The notes beneath the pieces are model-generated. The model did not search any database, was not told where the DNA came from, and worked only from the letters and a program-made list of their open reading frames with translations. A DNA stretch of 63,711 bases, the filler included, from Lama guanicoe (lineage: Eukaryota), in NCBI GenBank assembly GCA_013239625.1. It is 212 parts of 212 records of this genome, joined end to end, with 100 filler letters (N's around TTAATTAATTAA, not from the genome) between each part and the next. Parts side by side here need not be neighbours in the genome. Positions count along the whole stretch, not along the records: positions 62,307 to 62,507 come from PNXV01030789.1; positions 62,608 to 62,808 come from PNXV01030790.1; positions 62,909 to 63,109 come from PNXV01030791.1; positions 63,210 to 63,410 come from PNXV01030792.1; positions 63,511 to 63,711 come from PNXV01030793.1; 207 more parts are not named here. One strand, 5' to 3'. Both the position numbers and the translations under genes were made by a program. The first letter of the stretch is position 1. Each line of letters begins with the position of its first letter. Of the stretch, positions 62,481 to 63,711 are shown one piece after another.

Positions 62481-63711
62481 TGGGAACCCTGTTCTAGTCT
62501 TGCCTGANNNNNNNNNNNNNNNNNNNNNNNNNNNNNNNNNNNNNNNNNNNNTTAATTAATTAANNNNNNNNNNNNNNNNNNNNNNNNNNNNNNNNNNNNN
62601 NNNNNNNTGAATCAATTTTCTGTAGAAAACATACAGTTGGATAAAAAAAACATGAAAATATGTTTACAGATTTAATTACTAGGGAAGTCATAAGCCAAAA
62701 CTGAGACAAGACCTCACACTTGTCAGAGGGCTCTCTACAAAAAGAAAAGTTATCAATGTTGGTGAGATTGTGGGAAAAAAGTAACACCATGGACACTGTT
62801 GGTAGGAANNNNNNNNNNNNNNNNNNNNNNNNNNNNNNNNNNNNNNNNNNNNTTAATTAATTAANNNNNNNNNNNNNNNNNNNNNNNNNNNNNNNNNNNN
62901 NNNNNNNNTCAATGGAGTTCAATATATAAATAAGTATATTTGCAAAAAAAAAATCAGGTATAGGATTATGTAGTAGTGAGTAATACGAATGTATTTGTAA
63001 TAGTACCATTCTAAATATCTAACATTAAGCCTTTCCAATATCTAGTGCATAATACTAAGCAGACAAATACTGCCTTCAAAATCTGTCTTATGCAAGTAAC
63101 TTTCAATTGNNNNNNNNNNNNNNNNNNNNNNNNNNNNNNNNNNNNNNNNNNNNTTAATTAATTAANNNNNNNNNNNNNNNNNNNNNNNNNNNNNNNNNNN
63201 NNNNNNNNNGTTCTGAATGAAATAAACATACTACAACCAGCTTTGCAGTATTTTCATCTGAGACAATGTAAAAGGATCTGCATAGCCTCCAAAATATTTA
63301 ATTTTTTTTTTCTTTAAAACTGTGTTTTCTTGCATTTGATTGTCACCAGCATATACAAAAAGTGGTAAGTTTTCCTAATGGCTGGAACAAAACAAGAACT
63401 CTCATTAAGTNNNNNNNNNNNNNNNNNNNNNNNNNNNNNNNNNNNNNNNNNNNNTTAATTAATTAANNNNNNNNNNNNNNNNNNNNNNNNNNNNNNNNNN
63501 NNNNNNNNNNGACAGCATAGCATTCGATTAGAGGAAGATGTATATCCATTTAAAATAAAATCTGCCAGTTTTGACTTTTTACCTGCAATACCCTTTCTCT
63601 TCCACTTTTGCTAGTGGGGCAAGAGAAATCATTGCTGCCTTCCAGGATGGAAGGAAAGGAGAGCCAGGGCTCTCAGTCATCCACAAATTTAAGCCAAAAA
63701 GGATGGGGAGG

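Larger units (their letters stand above)
1..63711. other. Artificial pseudo-scaffold of 212 unplaced ~201-bp contigs joined by 211 linkers
   Basis: Strict 301-nt period of 201 nt sequence + 44 N + TTAATTAATTAA + 44 N. The arithmetic 212x201 - 1 + 211x100 = 63711 matches the window length. Neighbouring fragments are mostly unrelated. Confidence 0.99.

Noticed and set aside
254..62796. Most ORFs in the supplied six-frame track
   Set aside because: They pass the length threshold only by reading through N runs and end in the linker (X..LIN). Apart from TRAV and L1 pieces, they show no recognisable protein motifs.
246..63466. Regular identical repeat with unique equal-length 'spacers', resembling a CRISPR array or integron cassette array
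   Set aside because: The repeat is a 12-nt six-frame stop linker padded with fixed N runs. The inserts are mammalian repeats and introns, and no cas or integrase gene is present.

Overview
This window is not contiguous genome. It is an artificial concatenation of 212 unrelated short contigs, all 201 bp except one of 200 bp (2710-2909). They are joined by 211 identical 100-nt linkers (N44-TTAATTAATTAA-N44), whose core puts stop codons in all six frames. Almost every ORF in the supplied track runs into the Ns and ends in the linker, so it is an artefact. The DNA is mammalian, probably camelid: there is a Vic-1-like tRNA-derived SINE and artiodactyl-type L1 3' ends. Most fragments are anonymous or are pieces of L1, L2, MIR, MER5A/MER20/MER33, Tigger, MaLR or ERV elements. 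Repeat family names are assigned from recalled consensus sequences, not from a search. The only clearly recognisable gene piece is a germline TRAV12-like T-cell receptor alpha V exon with a variant RSS heptamer (CACAGCG). Five pairs of near-identical fragments are present. Four have exactly 49 identical bases at both ends, which marks them as unpopped de Bruijn bubble arms from an assembly with 49-nt overlaps. I find no evidence for a novel biological system, and adjacency between fragments carries no biological meaning.
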